64,000 nucleotides of DNA from a virus. Shown here one piece after another: positions 61,073-64,000 of the stretch. Each line of letters begins with the position of its first letter. Position 1 is the stretch's first letter. The notes under the pieces were generated by a model. It ran no database searches, was not told where the DNA came from, and saw only the letters and a list, made by a program, of their open reading frames with translations. The stretch is from the IMG/VR virus record IMGVR_UViG_3300042402_004372, one strand, 5' to 3'. The position numbers and the translations under genes are program-made.

Positions 61073-63291
61073 ATGTCAGATGTGAATCCAAATATGCTAG
61101 AACTAGCTAAAAAACTAGTTCCTTCAATTGAAGAAGGTATGCCTGAAGATATTGCGCAAGCTTTTGCTGAAGGAAAAATAAAAACTATTTTTAGAACAAC
61201 AGAAAATGCTGGTCTTAGTACTGCAGCTAAATTAGGTAAAAGTAGTTTTGGCGGAAGAGTAGATCCAGGATCTACATATTTTCTCCATGAAAATGGAGGC
61301 ATTGCTAGATTCGGAAGGCACGGTGCAGGGTGGGGAGATGATAGATCTGTAAAAGGTTCACATCTTGATTCAAAAAAGTCTTCCTTTTTAGACGAAGCTA
61401 TTTTCACTAATGGTGATAATAAATATCAGAATAGCACCCTCAATAGAGGTATGGTGGATTCAGGAATCTCCTCAGGCGAAGCGTATGCCACACCTAAAAT
61501 TGGACACAGTTTAGTTGAATTTGATTCTGATTTCTCAAGAGTTCATACTGGTCATCCAGTATCTGATATCTATCATTCTTCTGGTTCTGTTGAGTATTTA
61601 CCAGAAATTGGTGGGTCATTTAAGGCCGGTAGTACAATTAATCCAGTTAACACTGATATAAATAGTATAGATATTGTATCCGAAAAAGGAAGCACTATAC
61701 CTAGACTGAAATCAGGTTCTTCTCCAGAGGAAGTCTTTCAAGCTGAATCTCAAGCCAGAGCTAACGCTATGTTTGATTCTGATTATGCAGCACACAAAAA
61801 AGCAAATAAATTAAAATCCTTAGCAGAAAATCCAGATGATCTTTATGCAAAGTATTTAGATCATGTTGGTAGAATAAAATCAGAAGGTGGAATTTTATCT
61901 CCGGACAGCATTTCTCTGCGGAGGTGGTTTCCCCGATGCCTACATAAATGATCCGATTTCAATCGGAAGAAAAGCATTAACCGATCTTTCGCACGAGGTT
62001 GAAATACCTAATGCAATTAATGAATTAGAAAGTATATTAAATACTAATACTAATTATGCACATCAAGCAATATTAAATGAAGCTAAAGATAATCGCAATG
62101 TGGTGGTTAATGGTGAGACTTTTCAAGATTTAAAAGCCAATCCTAAATATAGCCCATCTGGTTCTGCAACTATTGAAGAAATTGAAACAGTTCTTAAAAA
62201 AGAACAAATACAAATGATGAGGTCAAGAGCTTCGGGCTTACCAACCGGTTCTGCCACAGTAGCAAATGCTAATGCCAGAGCAGCAGCAGCAGCAACTAAA
62301 AAGCCATTGATTCAACCAGACAAAGCTGATTTCCTGCCACAACAAATAGTTAATGGAAGATCTGTAAATAAGGTTCCTTCAGCAATGTCAGTTGAAGAAC
62401 TGGTTGATAGAAGAGCTAAAGTATATGATAAATTACTAGATCCAGAATATGCTAATGTCCACCCAAGTTCTACCGGTACTGGCGCAATGCACAATGTGGA
62501 TAGGGGCACGATAGGGCACATAGATACAGAACTCGCTAAACGCGGAGAAGATATTTCAATGCTTCCCAATGCTCCAGCATATGATCCAGATTACGTTCCT
62601 GGATCAGGTAAAAGAGCTCCATATTTAAGATCAAAAATAGATGAAGCCGCAGCTCAATCAGAAGTGATTATAGCAGGAGCCTCAGATACTGCCGCCGCTG
62701 CATCTGCAGCAGCTACCATGGAAGCAGATAACTTAGCTTCTACTGTAACGGCAGCAGCTTCAACGCGTTCAGCAGCTCCCGCAGGTGCTGCAGCTGAAGC
62801 TGTAGTTGCTGGCGGCAGCGCAACAGCGGTAACAGCAGCTGCTACAAAAGCATCTAATGGTATTTTAAATATAGGTAAAAAAATAATTTCTAAACCCAAG
62901 AATATGGCAGCCGTAGGAGTTGCAGTTGCCGCAGGAGCAATTGCATTTCGGAGCAACTAAAAAAAGTAGTGGATCAAATCAAGCAAACATGCATGGATAT
63001 TCTCCAGAATCGCAAGTGCCATCAGATCCAATGAGAGGCTCATATGAAGGTTACATGAATTCATCTCCAGCTTATGTACAAGCTAATGGAGCTGGTTATG
63101 ATAACCCGGCTAATCAACAAGCTAGGTATAGGCAAAAGACATCATCGATATTAGGAGACACCCCAACATTTACTCCTATTTCAAATAATATGAATAACTC
63201 TGCTATAATAGATAACTATTCAAGTTCTTTAAAACAAAACTCTTCTGGAGATAGACTAAATAAAATGAACCATATTGAAAGAATGTTTTAG
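61073..63291 (+). CDS. Virion protein, two +1 frame changes (CGG 61919, 62949)
   Basis: ORFs 61073..61951, 61887..62960 and 62920..63291 join at CTG-CGGA and TTT-CGGA. Confidence 0.8.
61919..61922 (+). promoter_or_regulatory. CGG recoding site 17 (CGGA)
   Basis: CTG CGG AGG TGG; +1 GGA GGT GGT TTC. Confidence 0.87.
62949..62952 (+). promoter_or_regulatory. CGG recoding site 18 (CGGA)
   Basis: TTT CGG AGC AAC TAA; +1 GGA GCA ACT AAA. Confidence 0.85.
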
Positions 63292-63300
63292 GTAGTATCT

Positions 63301-64000
63301 ATGACGATAAATCAAGAAGCATTCTATTATATAAAAGAACAGTTTACTACCAAGCAGCAAGTAGACGATTACGTTCTTGAAATTCAACAGATAACATTAA
63401 ATACAAATTCAAACGCACTTGAAAACGCAGCATTAGCTAAATTACGAACAGTTCTACCTGGCTTTGAAGGCACAGTAGGTGTGTGGGCTGGTGTCGATCT
63501 ACCATGGGGTATTAAAATTGCTCCACCTGATTTTAATGACGTTGCTTGGCGTACTGCAGCAATTAGGGCACTTAAACGACAGGATACAAGAAGAGGCGAA
63601 AATCCAGCAGATTATATAGTCAAAGAGATCCTAAAGAAGTTTGATGAAAAAATACCAACTAAAAATATTGACCTAACAGATGTAGCTTACGCAAAAGCAA
63701 TTGAAGCATGGTATAGGGAAGCTGGTAAGAGCAAATCATGCTGGAGTGCCATAGAGTCAGCTACAATAATGGCTAGTTTTATTGCACAAAGAGTAAAAGA
63801 TTTTAATATAGGTAGCGATAATCCAGAAGACACACCGCAAACACCAGAAGATGTTCAAGAGCCTCCAGCCGTTGAAGAAGATTTACTTGGTCCATCAATA
63901 GAAAGAGCAGCGGTTTTAGAAGAATTTATATCTCGTGGAGCGGCTATAATTGGTTTTGATCATTCGGATAATTCTTATTCGTCAATTAGTCAGTATTATG
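63301..64000 (+). CDS. Hypothetical protein, truncated by window end
   Basis: Open frame from ATG 63301 (MTINQEAFYYIKEQFTTKQQVDDYVLEIQQITLNTNSNALENAALAKLRTVLPGFEG…) with no stop before 64000. Confidence 0.7.
   Translation, partial: MTINQEAFYYIKEQFTTKQQVDDYVLEIQQITLNTNSNALENAALAKLRTVLPGFEGTVGVWAGVDLPWGIKIAPPDFNDVAWRTAAIRALKRQDTRRGENPADYIVKEILKKFDEKIPTKNIDLTDVAYAKAIEAWYREAGKSKSCWSAIESATIMASFIAQRVKDFNIGSDNPEDTPQTPEDVQEPPAVEEDLLGPSIERAAVLEEFISRGAAIIGFDHSDNSYSSISQYY

Noticed and set aside
2855-62952. Sequencing or assembly indels as explanation of the frame breaks
   Set aside because: Indel errors are blind to reading frame and normally concentrate in homopolymers. All 18 breaks are +1, all place an extra C exactly before a GGA or GGT codon, and many GG motifs in other phases are unaffected. 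Raw-read confirmation is still advisable.
2855-62952. Gene decay / pseudogenes
   Set aside because: Essential genes (terminase, prohead protease, giant tail proteins) would be dead, and decay would give varied lesions (premature stops, -1 and +2 indels). None are seen; only the CGG +1 class occurs.
2855-62952. Classical P-site slippage (CTT-T or CCC-T type +1 frameshifting)
   Set aside because: There is no P-site codon consensus, re-pairing in +1 is poor for most codons (e.g. ATG to TGC), and I saw no consistent Shine-Dalgarno-like stimulator upstream.
2855-62952. CGG simply reassigned to another amino acid as a normal triplet
   Set aside because: Triplet reassignment would not change the reading frame, yet every site requires +1.
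1-64000. tRNA genes, including the hypothesised UCCG decoder, inside this window
   Set aside because: I did not recognise any convincing cloverleaf, but manual inspection is insensitive. The decoder may be elsewhere in the phage or in the host genome.

Overview
This 64 kb window is the late/structural region of a large contractile-tailed bacteriophage, probably from an aquatic environment. It encodes the large terminase, portal, prohead protease, HK97-fold major capsid protein, a set of NVTG/DAQGRLTAA-repeat tail-fibre proteins, glycosyltransferases, a cluster of 2-oxoglutarate/Fe(II) oxygenases, tail sheath- and tube-like proteins, tail chaperone candidates and three giant virion proteins. 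The main finding is a recoding system. At least 18 times a gene is interrupted by a +1 frame change, and every time the break is at an in-frame CGG codon (14x CGGA, 4x CGGT). Reading each C-GG-W as a four-base codon, or skipping the C and reading GGW as Gly, restores full-length genes: terminase, prohead protease, an S74-chaperone tail fibre, the tape-measure-like protein and others. My manual frame-by-frame scan of CGG trinucleotides found no in-frame CGG used as an ordinary arginine codon in the main coding ORFs. More than 100 out-of-frame CGG strings are harmless, while CGA, CGC, CGT, AGA and AGG are used normally. This points to an unassigned, hungry or quadruplet-decoded CGG codon in this phage or its host, for example a +1 frameshift tRNA with anticodon UCCG. 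It does not look like sequencing error or gene decay. Secondary findings are (GPPGFF)n collagen-like proteins beside prolyl-4-hydroxylase-like enzymes, two paralogous fibre-plus-GPPGFF loci, a degenerate AdoMet-decarboxylase-like protein that itself needs two frameshifts, two sheath-like proteins, and a recurrent ACTATATA upstream motif.
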